A DNA stretch of 64,000 bases, from positions 6,575-70,574 of the forward strand of contig JAICSH010000006.1 of the NCBI GenBank assembly GCA_025936995.1, given 5' to 3'. The DNA comes from Thermoleophilia bacterium (GTDB lineage: Bacteria > Actinomycetota > Thermoleophilia > Gaiellales > Gaiellaceae). The notes below the pieces were generated by a model. The model saw only the letters and a list, made by a program, of their open reading frames with translations. It searched no databases and was not told where the DNA came from. Positions within the stretch are counted from its first letter, which is position 1. Each line of letters starts with the position of its first letter. The translations under genes were made by a program, and so were the position numbers. Shown in pieces: positions 16,439 through 24,856 of the stretch.

Positions 16439-17152
16439 ATGCTGCGGTCCGTGCGGTTCGCGGAAGTGGCGTTACAGGGGCCGGCGGGGCTGAGGGAGTT
16501 CTACGGCAGTGTGCTCGGCTTCGCGCTCGACGGCGAGACGATCGGCGTCGGCGAGACGAGGCTCCGGTTCGAGCCGGCGGAGAGCGGCGCCTTCTACCAC
16601 TTCGCACTGCTCGTCCCGGGCGACCGCTTCGACGCGTCGCTCGCGTGGGTGCGGGAGCGCGTGGAGCTGCTCGGCGACGTCTTCGACTTCGAGGCCTGGG
16701 ACGCTCACGCCGTCTACTTCCACGATCCCGCCGGAAACATCGTGGAGCTCGTCGCGCACCGCGGCCTCGACGAGGGCGGACGCTCGGGTGAGTTCGCGCC
16801 GGAGGAGCTCGCCGGCTTCTCGGAGCTCGGGATCGTCGGCGACCCGCCGGACCTGGCGCGCCGGCTCGCGACCGTCGGCGTGGCGCTCTGGGACGGCACG
16901 ATCGACGAGCCCGGCGGGCTCGCCTTCGCCGGCGAGCAGGGCCGGACGCTGATCCTCGCCCCACCGGGCCGCGGGTGGCTCCCAACGAGCCGCCCCGCCG
17001 AGCCGCATCCGCTGACAGCGACGCTCGCCGGCGGGCGTGACCCCACTGACCCCACTGACCTTGTAACACTTTGTTACTTGCTCGATCCGACCGCCAAAGA
17101 TGGAGAAAAGGGCGCCGGCACCGCACCTAGTAACACTTTGTTACTAGGGTAG
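16439..17152 (+). CDS. VOC/glyoxalase-fold protein whose 3' end runs through an AT-rich repeat element
   Basis: The VOC-like core is FYHFALLVP..VYFHDPAGNIVELV. The last roughly 35 codons (..DPTDPTDLVTLCYLLD..SNTLLLG) are encoded by the repeat, so the native C-terminus is doubtful. Confidence 0.7.
   Translation: MLRSVRFAEVALQGPAGLREFYGSVLGFALDGETIGVGETRLRFEPAESGAFYHFALLVPGDRFDASLAWVRERVELLGDVFDFEAWDAHAVYFHDPAGNIVELVAHRGLDEGGRSGEFAPEELAGFSELGIVGDPPDLARRLATVGVALWDGTIDEPGGLAFAGEQGRTLILAPPGRGWLPTSRPAEPHPLTATLAGGRDPTDPTDLVTLCYLLDPTAKDGEKGAGTAPSNTLLLG
17055..17078. repeat. AT-rich palindrome box A1 with its conserved left flank
   Basis: CTGACCTTGTAACACTTTGTTACT is identical over 24/24 nt to 30035-30058. 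The core inverted repeat is GTAACA-CTT-TGTTAC. It is preceded by a perfect tandem 9-mer, CCCACTGAC x2 (17042-17059). Confidence 0.8.
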
Positions 17153-17168
17153 ACGGGTCCGGTCGGGG
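17124..17168. repeat. AT-rich palindrome box A2 plus a conserved GC-rich right flank
   Basis: CACCTAGTAACACTTTGTTACTAGG (17124-17148) matches 30117-30141 at 24/25 nt. AGACGGGTCCGGTCGGGG (17151-17168) matches 30144-30161 at 15/18 nt. Confidence 0.8.
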
Positions 17169-17169
17169 C

Positions 17170-18255
17170 TCAGGCGACGTCCCGGAGGGAGTCCGTCAGG
17201 GCCAGCGCGCGGAGCTTCTTCAGGCTCTGGTTCTCGATCTGGCGGATCCGCTCGCGCGTCACGTTGAACGCGCGGCCGACCTCGTCGAGTGTGCGCGGCT
17301 GCTCGCCGTCGAGGCCGTAGCGCAGCTCGAGCACCCGCCGCTCGCGGTGCGAGAGCGTGTCGAGGATGTCGCGGAGCAGCTCCGTCCGCAGCGTCGTGTC
17401 GGCCGCTTCGTCGGGGAGCGGGGCGTTTTGGTCGGTGAGGAAGTGCCCGAACTCCGACTCCTCCTCGTCTCCGACCGGCTTCTCGAGCGAGATCGGCGTC
17501 TGAGACGTGCGGAGGATCTGCTCGACCTCGTCGAGCGGAAGGTCGACGTCGCTCGCGATCTCGACGGGCGAGGGCTCGCGGCAGAGCTCGCCGCGCAGCT
17601 TCCGCTCGGACCGCACGATCTTGTTGAGCTTCTCGACGACGTGGACGGGCATGCGGATCGTCCGTCCCTTGTCTGCGAGCGCCCGCGCGACCGCCTGGCG
17701 GATCCACCACGTCGCGTACGTCGAGAACTTGTAGCCCTTGCGCCAGTCGAACTTCTCGGCGGCGCGGACGAGGCCGATCGTCCCCTCCTGGATCAGATCG
17801 AGGAACGGGAGCCCCTGGTTGCGGTAGCGCTTGGCGATCGAGACGACGAGCCGGAGGTTCGCCTCCACCATCTCCTGCTTCGCGCGATGGTCGCCGCGCT
17901 CGATCCGCTTCGCGAGCTCGACCTCCTCCGCGGCGGTCAGCAGCTCGACCTTGCCGATGTCCTTGAGGAAGAGCTGGAGCGCGTCGGTCGAGACCTCGCG
18001 GGCGGTCTCGTCGAGGCGCGCCTCCTCCTTCACGTTTGGGGTGGCTGTACCGTCGACGACCTCGACCTGAAGCTCCTCGAGCGCGCGGTAGACGTCCTCG
18101 ATCTGAGCCGGCTCGAGGTCGAGCTCGTCGAGCGCGAGCGCGAGCTCCTCGGCGTTGATCCTTCCGGCGGCCTGCGCGGCTTCGAGCAGGCTTCGTGCCT
18201 CTTCCGTCTCGAGAACGTCGTTGGGTGACGCTCCCACAGTGGCTGTAGCGGCCAT
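17170..18255 (-). CDS. RNA polymerase sigma-70 factor, group 1/2 (RpoD/HrdB-like)
   Basis: Regions 1.2-4 are present, including [10 protein letters not shown] and a region 4 HTH. The start is set at ATG 18255, just downstream of GGGAGGGGGAG. Confidence 0.9.
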   Translation of the reverse strand: MAATATVGASPNDVLETEEARSLLEAAQAAGRINAEELALALDELDLEPAQIEDVYRALEELQVEVVDGTATPNVKEEARLDETAREVSTDALQLFLKDIGKVELLTAAEEVELAKRIERGDHRAKQEMVEANLRLVVSIAKRYRNQGLPFLDLIQEGTIGLVRAAEKFDWRKGYKFSTYATWWIRQAVARALADKGRTIRMPVHVVEKLNKIVRSERKLRGELCREPSPVEIASDVDLPLDEVEQILRTSQTPISLEKPVGDEEESEFGHFLTDQNAPLPDEAADTTLRTELLRDILDTLSHRERRVLELRYGLDGEQPRTLDEVGRAFNVTRERIRQIENQSLKKLRALALTDSLRDVA

Positions 18256-18332
18256 CTCCCCCTCCCTGGCGATGCCGGAGGATGCCATGCGGGCCACGGC
18301 GGGCGCCATAGGCCGTTCGGCTCATATTTCCT

Positions 18333-19334
18333 TTACTTGGTCCCATGCTTCCCAATGCGGGAAAGCAGGGTTCGTACGGCTTTTGCGTAGGACGAACGAG
18401 GAGCCTCGGCGGCCGCGAGCCGGAGCTGCTTGAGGCCCTTCGCGGGCTGCGCGGTCGCGATGAGGAGCAAACCGAGCTCGAAGCGGACGACCGGCGCGTG
18501 CGGGAACACCGCCGTCAGCGGCCCTAGCCGTGCAAAGGCGCGCGCCGGCGCGCGCTTCGTGAAGAGGCCGACGGCGGCCGCCGTGCGCGCGTAGGGATCC
18601 TGCGGCGCCAGCCGGGCCGCCGCGGCGAACTGACGCTCGGCGGAGACGCGATGCCAGAGCTGCCAGAGGAAGTAGCCGTACCGCAGCTTGGCCTCCGCGT
18701 CCGGCTTGCGCGCGTCGGCCGCGAGGACACGCAGCTGCGCCGCGGCGCTCGCTGCCCCCGGCAGGGACAGCGGCAGGACGAGGTCCGGCAGATCCGGCTT
18801 GTCCGCGGAGTAGAGCTGGTTCTCGGCCTCGACCGACTCCGGCGAGTCCGGGAACCGCGTGTCGACCCGATTCCAGGCCGCTGCGGCGTCGGCGATCCGG
18901 CCCGACCAGAGGTACGCCCAGCCGAGGTGGTACTCGGCCACCGCGCTGTCCGGGTTCTCCGCCGCGAGACGCTTCAGCGTGCCGAGGCCGTCGTCGCCCG
19001 GCCAGCCGGCGAAGGCGAGGCCGATCTGCGCCTGCAGCGAGTGGTGGCGCTCGAAGATGGCGCGCGCCGCGGCGACGTGTTTCGCGTTCAGGAGCTCTGC
19101 GGCGCGAGCGAGGTCCCGGGCCTCGGGGTCGTCGCGGACGCCGAAGTCGAAGAACACCGGGGGGATCCCGGAGCGCGGCTTCGTCACGGAACCCGGCACG
19201 GTCGTCGTCTCGCCGCGCGTCTGGAGGACGGTCACGCCGACGACGGCTCCGGCGGCGATCAGAGCTGCGACCGCGACGACGAGAACGATCCGGCGGCTCC
19301 GAGCCGCCGCGAGCGGGCGTGCTGCTGTGGCCAC
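18333..19334 (-). CDS. Membrane-anchored TPR-like repeat protein
   Basis: One N-terminal TM segment (IVLVVAVAALIAAGAVVGVTVL) followed by helical repeat-like sequence. The start is set at GTG 19334, because the rest of tracked ORF 18333..19967 is antisense to the E1 gene. Confidence 0.65.
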   Translation of the reverse strand: MATAARPLAAARSRRIVLVVAVAALIAAGAVVGVTVLQTRGETTTVPGSVTKPRSGIPPVFFDFGVRDDPEARDLARAAELLNAKHVAAARAIFERHHSLQAQIGLAFAGWPGDDGLGTLKRLAAENPDSAVAEYHLGWAYLWSGRIADAAAAWNRVDTRFPDSPESVEAENQLYSADKPDLPDLVLPLSLPGAASAAAQLRVLAADARKPDAEAKLRYGYFLWQLWHRVSAERQFAAAARLAPQDPYARTAAAVGLFTKRAPARAFARLGPLTAVFPHAPVVRFELGLLLIATAQPAKGLKQLRLAAAEAPRSSYAKAVRTLLSRIGKHGTK

Positions 19335-19379
19335 GTTCCGAGCGTAGCCCGGAACCGCGTCGCTACATTTCCGAAAGCG

Positions 19380-20555
19380 ATGCCGAACTATCGGGAGCTC
19401 CTGCAGCAGATCAAGTCGGAGATCGACGAGGTCGACGTGACCCAGGCCCGCGATCTCCTCGCGTCCGGCGGCCGTCCCCTCGTCGTCGACGTGCGCGAGC
19501 TGGACGAGTGGACCGAAGGGCGCATCCCGGGCGCGATCCACATTCCGCGCGGCTCCCTCGAGTCGCGCATCGAGCAGGCGGTCCCCGATCGCGCCCAACC
19601 GATTCTTCTCTACTGCGCAGCCGGCAACCGCTCCGCCTTCGCCGCGAAGTCGCTCGAGGAGCTGGGCTACGAGAGCGTGTCCTCCCTCGCCGGCGGCTAC
19701 ACCGACTGGAAGCGCAGCGGCCTCCCCACCGAGCTGCCACGCACGCTCGACGCGGCGAAGCGACAGCGCTACAGCAGGCACGTCCTCATCCCGGAGGTCG
19801 GCGAGGAGGGACAGCTCAAGCTGCTCGACTCGCGCGTGCTCCTGCTCGGCGCCGGAGGGCTCGGCTCGCCGTCCGCGCTCTATCTCGCGGCTGCGGGCGT
19901 CGGGCGCATCGGGATCGTGGACGACGACCGCGTCGACGCGTCGAACCTCCAGCGCCAGGTGCTCCACTCGACCGGACGGCTCGGCGAATGGAAGGCGGAA
20001 TCCGCGAAACGGACGATCGAGGAGCTCAACCCCGACGTCGAGGTCGTCCCCTACATCGAGCGCCTGACCTCAGAGAACGTCGAGCGGATCCTCGCCGACG
20101 GCTGGGACGTGATCGTCGACGGCGCCGACAACTTCCCGACGCGCTACCTGATCAACGACGCCGCCGTCTGGCACGACATCCCGCTCGTGCACGGCTCGAT
20201 CTACCGGTTCGAAGGGCAGGCGACCGTGTTCAAGCCCGGCGACGGGCCGTGCTACCGCTGCCTCTTCCCGCAGCCGCCGCCGCCCGAGCTCGCGCCGAGC
20301 TGCGCGGAGGGCGGCGTCCTCGGCGTCCTCCCGGGCATCGTGGGCTCGCTGCAGGCGAGCGAGGCGCTCAAGCTCTGCCTCGGGATCGGCGAGCCGCTCG
20401 TCGGACGGCTGCTCCTCTTCGACGCGCTCGAGACCGAGTTCAGCGAGGTCACGCTGCGGCGCGATCCGTCCTGCCCGGTCTGCGGCGACTCCCCCACCAT
20501 CACCGAGTACGTCGACTACGTCGAGTTCTGCTCGGGAAGGCCGGCGCACGCATGA
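19380..20555 (+). CDS. MoeB/ThiF-type E1-like adenylyltransferase with an N-terminal rhodanese domain (MoeZ-like)
   Basis: Rhodanese active-site loop YCAAGNRS at the N-terminus. The E1 part has the nucleotide motif GAGGLGS and the CxxC pairs CYRC and CPVC. Confidence 0.9.
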   Translation: MPNYRELLQQIKSEIDEVDVTQARDLLASGGRPLVVDVRELDEWTEGRIPGAIHIPRGSLESRIEQAVPDRAQPILLYCAAGNRSAFAAKSLEELGYESVSSLAGGYTDWKRSGLPTELPRTLDAAKRQRYSRHVLIPEVGEEGQLKLLDSRVLLLGAGGLGSPSALYLAAAGVGRIGIVDDDRVDASNLQRQVLHSTGRLGEWKAESAKRTIEELNPDVEVVPYIERLTSENVERILADGWDVIVDGADNFPTRYLINDAAVWHDIPLVHGSIYRFEGQATVFKPGDGPCYRCLFPQPPPPELAPSCAEGGVLGVLPGIVGSLQASEALKLCLGIGEPLVGRLLLFDALETEFSEVTLRRDPSCPVCGDSPTITEYVDYVEFCSGRPAHA

Positions 20556-20824
20556 GTCGCGTCCGCATCCCTCCCCAGCTGCGCAGCGAGGTCGGCGGCG
20601 CGCGCGAGGTGCCCGCCCACGGCGGCACCGTTCGCGAGCTGCTCGACGACCTGATGGACCGCTTCCCCTCGCTCCGGCCGCAGCTCGTGGAGGACGACGA
20701 CATCGCGCCGTTCGTGAACGTCTACCTCGAAGGTGAGGACGTGCGCACCCTCGACGGGCTCGACACGTCGGTCGACCACGGGTCCACGGTGATCCTCCTC
20801 CCAGCCATGGCCGGTGGGCTCTAG
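20552..20824 (+). CDS. cysO: ThiS/MoaD-family sulfur-carrier protein (CysO-like) ending in GG-Leu
   Basis: 90-aa beta-grasp-like protein ending ...LLPAMAGGL. The ATG overlaps the E1 stop (ATGA). Confidence 0.85.
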   Translation: MSRVRIPPQLRSEVGGAREVPAHGGTVRELLDDLMDRFPSLRPQLVEDDDIAPFVNVYLEGEDVRTLDGLDTSVDHGSTVILLPAMAGGL

Positions 20825-21749
20825 CCTCCACACGGCCGGCTCCCTTCTCGAGCTCGTCGGCAGGACTCCGCTCGTCGAGCTGAGGCGCCTCTCGCCTCAC
20901 CCCACGGTGCGGCTGTACGCGAAGCTCGAGGGTCAGAACCCGACCGGCTCGATCAAGGACCGCGTCGCGCTCGCGATGATCGAGGCGGCCGAGGCTGCGG
21001 GAGAGCTCGAACCGGGCCGCGAGCTGCTCGAGCCGACCTCCGGCAACACCGGCATCGCGCTCGCGCTCGTCGCGAAGCTCAAGGGCTACGCGCTCACGTG
21101 CGTGATCCCGGAGAACGCGACCGAGGAGCGGCGCCGGCTGCTCCGGCTGTACGGCGCGACCATCGTCGAGTCGCCGGGCGAGCAGGGCTCGAACGGTGCC
21201 GTCCGCCTGGCTCTGGAGCTCGCCGAGCGGGAGCCGCGCTACTTCATGCCGTTCCAGTACGCGAACGAGGCGAATCCGCGTGCCCATTACGACGGCACCG
21301 GCGCCGAGATCGCAGACGCCCTCGGGCGGGTCGACGTCTTCGTCGCCGGCCTCGGCACGGGCGGGACGCTCATGGGCGCCGGCGAGCGGTTGCGCGAGAT
21401 CTTCCCCGACGTCGTGATCGCGGCGGCCGAGCCGCTGCCGGGCGATCCGGTGATGGGGCTGCGCTCGCTCGACGACGGCTACGTCCCGCCGATCCTCGAC
21501 GTCGCCAAGCTCGACCGGAAGCTGCTCGTCTCGAACGACGAGGCCGTCGCAGGCGTCCGCGCGCTCCTCGACCGCGAGGGCATCTTCGCCGGCGTCTCGA
21601 GCGGCGCCGTCCTCCACGTCGCGCGACGGCTCGCCGGCGAGCTCGAGGAGGGAGTCGTGGTCTGCGTCCTCGCCGACGGTGGCTGGAAGTACCTCTCCGC
21701 GGGCTTCTGGCAGGGGGACGAGATCGACGAGAGCAAGCTGTGGTGGTAG
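20814..21749 (+). CDS. cysM: PLP-dependent cysteine synthase, CysM type
   Basis: Motifs NPTGSIKDR, TSGNTGIALA and GLGTGGTLMG. GTG 20814 overlaps cysO by 11 nt. Confidence 0.9.
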   Translation: MGSSLHTAGSLLELVGRTPLVELRRLSPHPTVRLYAKLEGQNPTGSIKDRVALAMIEAAEAAGELEPGRELLEPTSGNTGIALALVAKLKGYALTCVIPENATEERRRLLRLYGATIVESPGEQGSNGAVRLALELAEREPRYFMPFQYANEANPRAHYDGTGAEIADALGRVDVFVAGLGTGGTLMGAGERLREIFPDVVIAAAEPLPGDPVMGLRSLDDGYVPPILDVAKLDRKLLVSNDEAVAGVRALLDREGIFAGVSSGAVLHVARRLAGELEEGVVVCVLADGGWKYLSAGFWQGDEIDESKLWW

Positions 21750-22114
21750 TGCCGCCCGCGGTGCGGGAGGCGCTGGCCGAGCACGCGCGCGAAGAGCTGC
21801 CGAACGAGAGCTGCGGCCTGCTCGTCGTCCGGGAAGGTGTCGCCGAGCGCTACGAGCCGGGCCGCAATGCCGCCGACTCGCCGTACCGCTTCGACCTCGA
21901 CGTCGATCCCAAGCTCTGGTTCCTCGAGGACGAGGGCTACGAGCTCGCTGTCGTCCACTCCCACGTCTCCGCGCCGCCCAGGCCGTCTCGTACCGACGTC
22001 GAGAACGTCGGGCTCTGGCAGGGCCGCCCGTATCTCATCTACTCGGTCGCGCGGGACGAGCTCGCCGGCTGGACGATCGCGGACGGCTCGATCGAGCCAC
22101 TCGAGCTCCGCTGA
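21743..22114 (+). CDS. mec: JAMM/MPN+ metalloprotease (Mec-like)
   Basis: The JAMM motif is HSHVSAPPRPSRTD (HxHx7Sx2D), with an upstream Glu (NESCG). The start (GTG 21743 or 21749) overlaps the cysM stop. Confidence 0.85.
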   Translation: MVVPPAVREALAEHAREELPNESCGLLVVREGVAERYEPGRNAADSPYRFDLDVDPKLWFLEDEGYELAVVHSHVSAPPRPSRTDVENVGLWQGRPYLIYSVARDELAGWTIADGSIEPLELR

Positions 22115-22139
22115 AGCGGCGGCCTGTCATCCTTGCGCG

Positions 22140-22469
22140 ATGAGCGTGATCCGGATCGAGAACCTCCCCGACAGCGGAAACTCGTACCGCTTCGACGGCG
22201 CCGCGCACGACGCTCCCGTCTCGCTCTTCCTGCTCCACACGCGACCCGGCGAAGGCCCGGGCCTGCACCACCACCCGTACACGGAGACGTTCGTCATCCA
22301 GGAAGGGCAGGCGACGTTCACCGTCGGCGACGACACGATCGAGGCGCGTGCGGGAGACATCGTCGTTGCGCCCGCCGACACGCCGCACGCGTTCGTCAAC
22401 TCCGGCCCGGGCGTGCTGCGATCGGTCAACATCCACCCCGTCGCGGAGATGGAAACCGTCTGGCTCTGA
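22140..22469 (+). CDS. Cupin-domain protein
   Basis: Cupin motifs GLHHHPYTETFVIQEG and GDIVVAPADTPHAFVN. Confidence 0.8.
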   Translation: MSVIRIENLPDSGNSYRFDGAAHDAPVSLFLLHTRPGEGPGLHHHPYTETFVIQEGQATFTVGDDTIEARAGDIVVAPADTPHAFVNSGPGVLRSVNIHPVAEMETVWL

Positions 22470-22484
22470 GTGCGCGCGAACCCG

Positions 22485-22526
22485 ATTTAGTCTGATAACG
22501 TACTATTTAGTCCGGTATAAGACTAA
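22485..22526 (+). promoter_or_regulatory. AT-rich repeat/operator-like region upstream of the SRPBCC-MarR operon
   Basis: ATTTAGTC is repeated at 22485 and 22505 (20-nt phasing). The inverted repeat TTAGTC-N8-GACTAA spans 22507-22526 and abuts the SD AAGGAGG. Confidence 0.4.
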
Positions 22527-22536
22527 GGAGGTTCAG

Positions 22537-22947
22537 ATGATCAGCCGCACCGTCACCGCCGTCCTCGACGCGCCGAGCACCGAGGTCTTCGCCTTCCTCT
22601 CGCGCGTGGAGAACCTCCCCGTGTGGGCGACCGACTTCGCGCGGGAGCTGAAGTACGAGAACGGCGAGCCCATGGTGGTGAACGGACTCGGCGAGTTCTA
22701 CTTCCGGATCGACGCGAACGGCGACACCGGCGTGATCGACATGTTCGCCGGGCCTGACGAGACGCAGATGGCGATCTTCCCCACCCGCGTCGTCCGGCTC
22801 GCGCCGGACCGGTGCGCGTACACGTTCACGATGTTCAAGGCCCCGGAGACGGCCGACGAGCTGTTCGAAGCGCAGCACCGGTCGCTCGAGCGCGAGTTCG
22901 AGAACATCCGAGCTCGCTTCTCACGCGAACGGGCGGATGGCAGCTGA
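22537..22947 (+). CDS. SRPBCC-superfamily (polyketide cyclase/dehydrase-like) protein
   Basis: The size and pattern fit the family (TVTAVLDAPSTEVFAFLSRVENLPVW). A perfect SD, AAGGAGG, lies 5 nt upstream. Confidence 0.8.
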   Translation: MISRTVTAVLDAPSTEVFAFLSRVENLPVWATDFARELKYENGEPMVVNGLGEFYFRIDANGDTGVIDMFAGPDETQMAIFPTRVVRLAPDRCAYTFTMFKAPETADELFEAQHRSLEREFENIRARFSRERADGS

Positions 22948-23365
22948 CCGCAACGACACCGGCTACCTGCTCGCGCTCGCGAGCAGGCGCTGGAACGAGA
23001 TCCTCGAGCAGCGCTTCGCAGACGCCGCCTTCCCGGAGGTGCGTGCCTCGTACGGCGCGCTGCTCGTGCCGCTGTTCGAGGAAGACGGGCTGCGGCTGGG
23101 CGAGCTCGCCCGCCGGGCGCGCCTGAGCAAGCAGACCGTGACGACGATGGCGCGCCTCCTGGAGCGCACCGGGCTCGTCACACGCCATCCGGACGCGGAC
23201 GATGCGCGCGCCACGCGGCTCTTCCTCTCCGGGCGCGCGAGACGCTTCCAGCCCGTCGCGGAGTCGGTGCTCGCCGAGCTCGACCAGGAGGTCGCAAAGA
23301 CCCTCGGCGGCGAGCAGGCGGCCGGACTCAAGCTGTCCCTCGCCGCCCTCGTCGAGCTCAGCTGA
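22937..23365 (+). CDS. MarR-family transcriptional regulator
   Basis: Winged-helix core LRLGELARRARLSKQTVTTMARLLERTGLVTRHPDADDARA. It overlaps the upstream gene by 11 nt. Confidence 0.85.
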   Translation: MAADRNDTGYLLALASRRWNEILEQRFADAAFPEVRASYGALLVPLFEEDGLRLGELARRARLSKQTVTTMARLLERTGLVTRHPDADDARATRLFLSGRARRFQPVAESVLAELDQEVAKTLGGEQAAGLKLSLAALVELS

Positions 23366-23372
23366 AAAAGCC

Positions 23373-23402
23373 ACGTCCGGAACCTGGTTCCCGGACGTGT
23401 CC
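23373..23402. repeat. Degenerate copy of the GC-rich REP-like palindrome
   Basis: ACGTCCGGAACC-T-GGTTCCCGGACGTGTCC has one extra C and a truncated left arm. It again lies between convergent genes. Confidence 0.5.
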
Positions 23403-23413
23403 CCGCGAGACGG

Positions 23414-24739
23414 TTACTCCAGCTCGTCCTCGTCGGCATAGTCGGCGACCTCGTCGCGCCGCGGCTCCGGCAGCTCCTCGAACGTGACCGCGATCCGCTC
23501 GATGCGGTTGCCCTCCACCTCGAGCACGTCGAAGCGCATCCCGTCGTACGAGACGTCGTCCCCCGGCTCCGGCGCACGCCCGAGCTGGCCGAAGACGAAG
23601 CCCGCCACCGTGTGGAAGTCCTCTTCCGGGAGCTCTGTGCCGAAGCGCTCGTTGAAGTCGTCGATCGAGAACATCCCGTCGACGCGGTAGGAGTCCTCGC
23701 CGATCTGCTCCACCGGCTCCTCGGGCACGTCGAACTCGTCCTCGATCTCGCCGACGATCTCCTCGAGCAGGTCCTCGAGCGTCGCGATCCCGACCATCGC
23801 CCCGTACTCGTCGATCACCACCGCGAAATGCGTGTTGGCGCGCCGGAACTCCTGCAGGAGCGAGGCGAGGTCCTTCGTCTCCGGGACGACGTAGGCCGGC
23901 CGCAGCAGCGACTCGAGGTCGACCTGCGCCAGCCCGCGGTCGTGGATCGCGCTGAAGAGGTCGCGGACGTGCAGCACGCCGGCGATGTCGTCGAGCGACT
24001 CGCGGTAGACGGGGTAGCGCGTGTAGGGCGAGTCGAGGACGACGGCGAGCGCCTCCTCCGGCGCCAGGTCGATCGAGACTGCGGCGACGTCCGGCTTGGC
24101 GACCATCACGTCGGCGACGTCCTTGTCGCCGAAGACGAAGACCTTGTCGATCATCTCCCGCTCGTCCTCCTCGATCTGCCCCTGCTGCGTGGAGCGGGAG
24201 ACAAGCATGCGCAACTCCGCCTCCGAGTGCACCTCGCGCTCGGCGCCCGGCGGCTCGAGGCCGAGGGCGCGAAGGATCACGTCGGTCGACGCGCGCAGGA
24301 GCCAGATCGCCGGACGGAACAGCGCGAAGAACCCGCGGACGGGCACGGACACCCAGAGCGCCGTCCCTTCCGCGTGCCCCAGCGCAGCGCCTTTCGGCAC
24401 TAGCTCGCCGAAGACCACATGGAAGAAGCTCAGGACCGCGTAGGCGAGGATGATCGCCACGATCGCCGCCATCCAGTGCTTGAACTCGCGCGACAGGGTC
24501 TCCTCGCCGAGGGCGCCGATGGCCAGGGAGGTGAGCGTGACGCCGAGCTGCATGGCCGCGATGAAGCGCGGCGGGTCGCCGGTGATCCGCAGGACGTCGC
24601 GGGCGCGCCGGTTCCCCTGGTGCTGGAGCTCGATGATGCGCGTCCGCCGCGCCGTGACGAGGCCGTACTCCGCGGCCACGAAGAACGCGTTGAGCAGGAT
24701 CAGGAACGCGACCCCGATCAGCTCGTAGAGGAGTGTCAC
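23414..24739 (-). CDS. CNNM/hemolysin-family transporter protein (DUF21-CBS pair-CorC_HlyC)
   Basis: N-terminal TM domain, a CBS pair region and a C-terminal CorC/HlyC-like domain (VDGMFSIDDFNERFG...GFVFGQLGR). Confidence 0.9.
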   Translation of the reverse strand: MTLLYELIGVAFLILLNAFFVAAEYGLVTARRTRIIELQHQGNRRARDVLRITGDPPRFIAAMQLGVTLTSLAIGALGEETLSREFKHWMAAIVAIILAYAVLSFFHVVFGELVPKGAALGHAEGTALWVSVPVRGFFALFRPAIWLLRASTDVILRALGLEPPGAEREVHSEAELRMLVSRSTQQGQIEEDEREMIDKVFVFGDKDVADVMVAKPDVAAVSIDLAPEEALAVVLDSPYTRYPVYRESLDDIAGVLHVRDLFSAIHDRGLAQVDLESLLRPAYVVPETKDLASLLQEFRRANTHFAVVIDEYGAMVGIATLEDLLEEIVGEIEDEFDVPEEPVEQIGEDSYRVDGMFSIDDFNERFGTELPEEDFHTVAGFVFGQLGRAPEPGDDVSYDGMRFDVLEVEGNRIERIAVTFEELPEPRRDEVADYADEDELE

Positions 24740-24828
24740 GCCCTCACCTGGAGGGCGTCGGTACTAGGAGGGTTCTCGTCCAACTCTCCGGCCGGAGTAT
24801 AGGGACGGCCCCGGAGACACCCGTCAAC

Positions 24829-24844
24829 ACGAACATACGTTCGC
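24829..24844. promoter_or_regulatory. LexA SOS box (actinobacterial/Gram-positive Cheo type)
   Basis: ACGAAC-ATAC-GTTCGC matches the consensus TCGAAC-N4-GTTCGA at 10/12 positions. It sits immediately upstream of a TATCCT hexamer and 12 nt from ATG 24857. Confidence 0.6.
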
Positions 24845-24850
24845 TATCCT
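24845..24850 (+). promoter_or_regulatory. -10-like hexamer TATCCT, 6 nt upstream of ATG 24857 (putative leaderless promoter)
   Basis: TANNNT geometry with no SD before the ATG. Confidence 0.35.
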
Positions 24851-24856
24851 TCCCCG

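Noticed and set aside
17063-17077. Assigning the palindrome to a known regulator: BldD box TnAC-N5-GTnA, GlnR/AfsQ1 GTnAC-N6 motifs, Rex, parS, dif, the NrdR box, or the iron or zinc boxes.
   Set aside because: Only the very degenerate BldD-like pattern fits, and all four copies lie at the 3' ends of convergent genes rather than in promoters. The other consensus sequences do not match. No assignment can be supported from sequence alone.
17100-17147. Mini-ORFs ending in the same peptide: MEKRAPAPHLVTLCY (17100-17147) and MAARVPEHLVTLCY (30096-30140). The first boxes also read DLVTLCY. I considered them as possible RiPP or leader-peptide-like micro-proteins.
   Set aside because: The shared HLVTLCY-stop is encoded by the palindromic DNA box itself. 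The opposite strand gives the mirror peptide LVTKCY-stop, so the conservation is explained at the DNA level. Only one of the two has a plausible SD (GGAGG 11 nt upstream at locus B), the N-terminal halves are unrelated, and no modifying enzymes are adjacent. Ribosome profiling or peptidomics would be needed to revive the idea.
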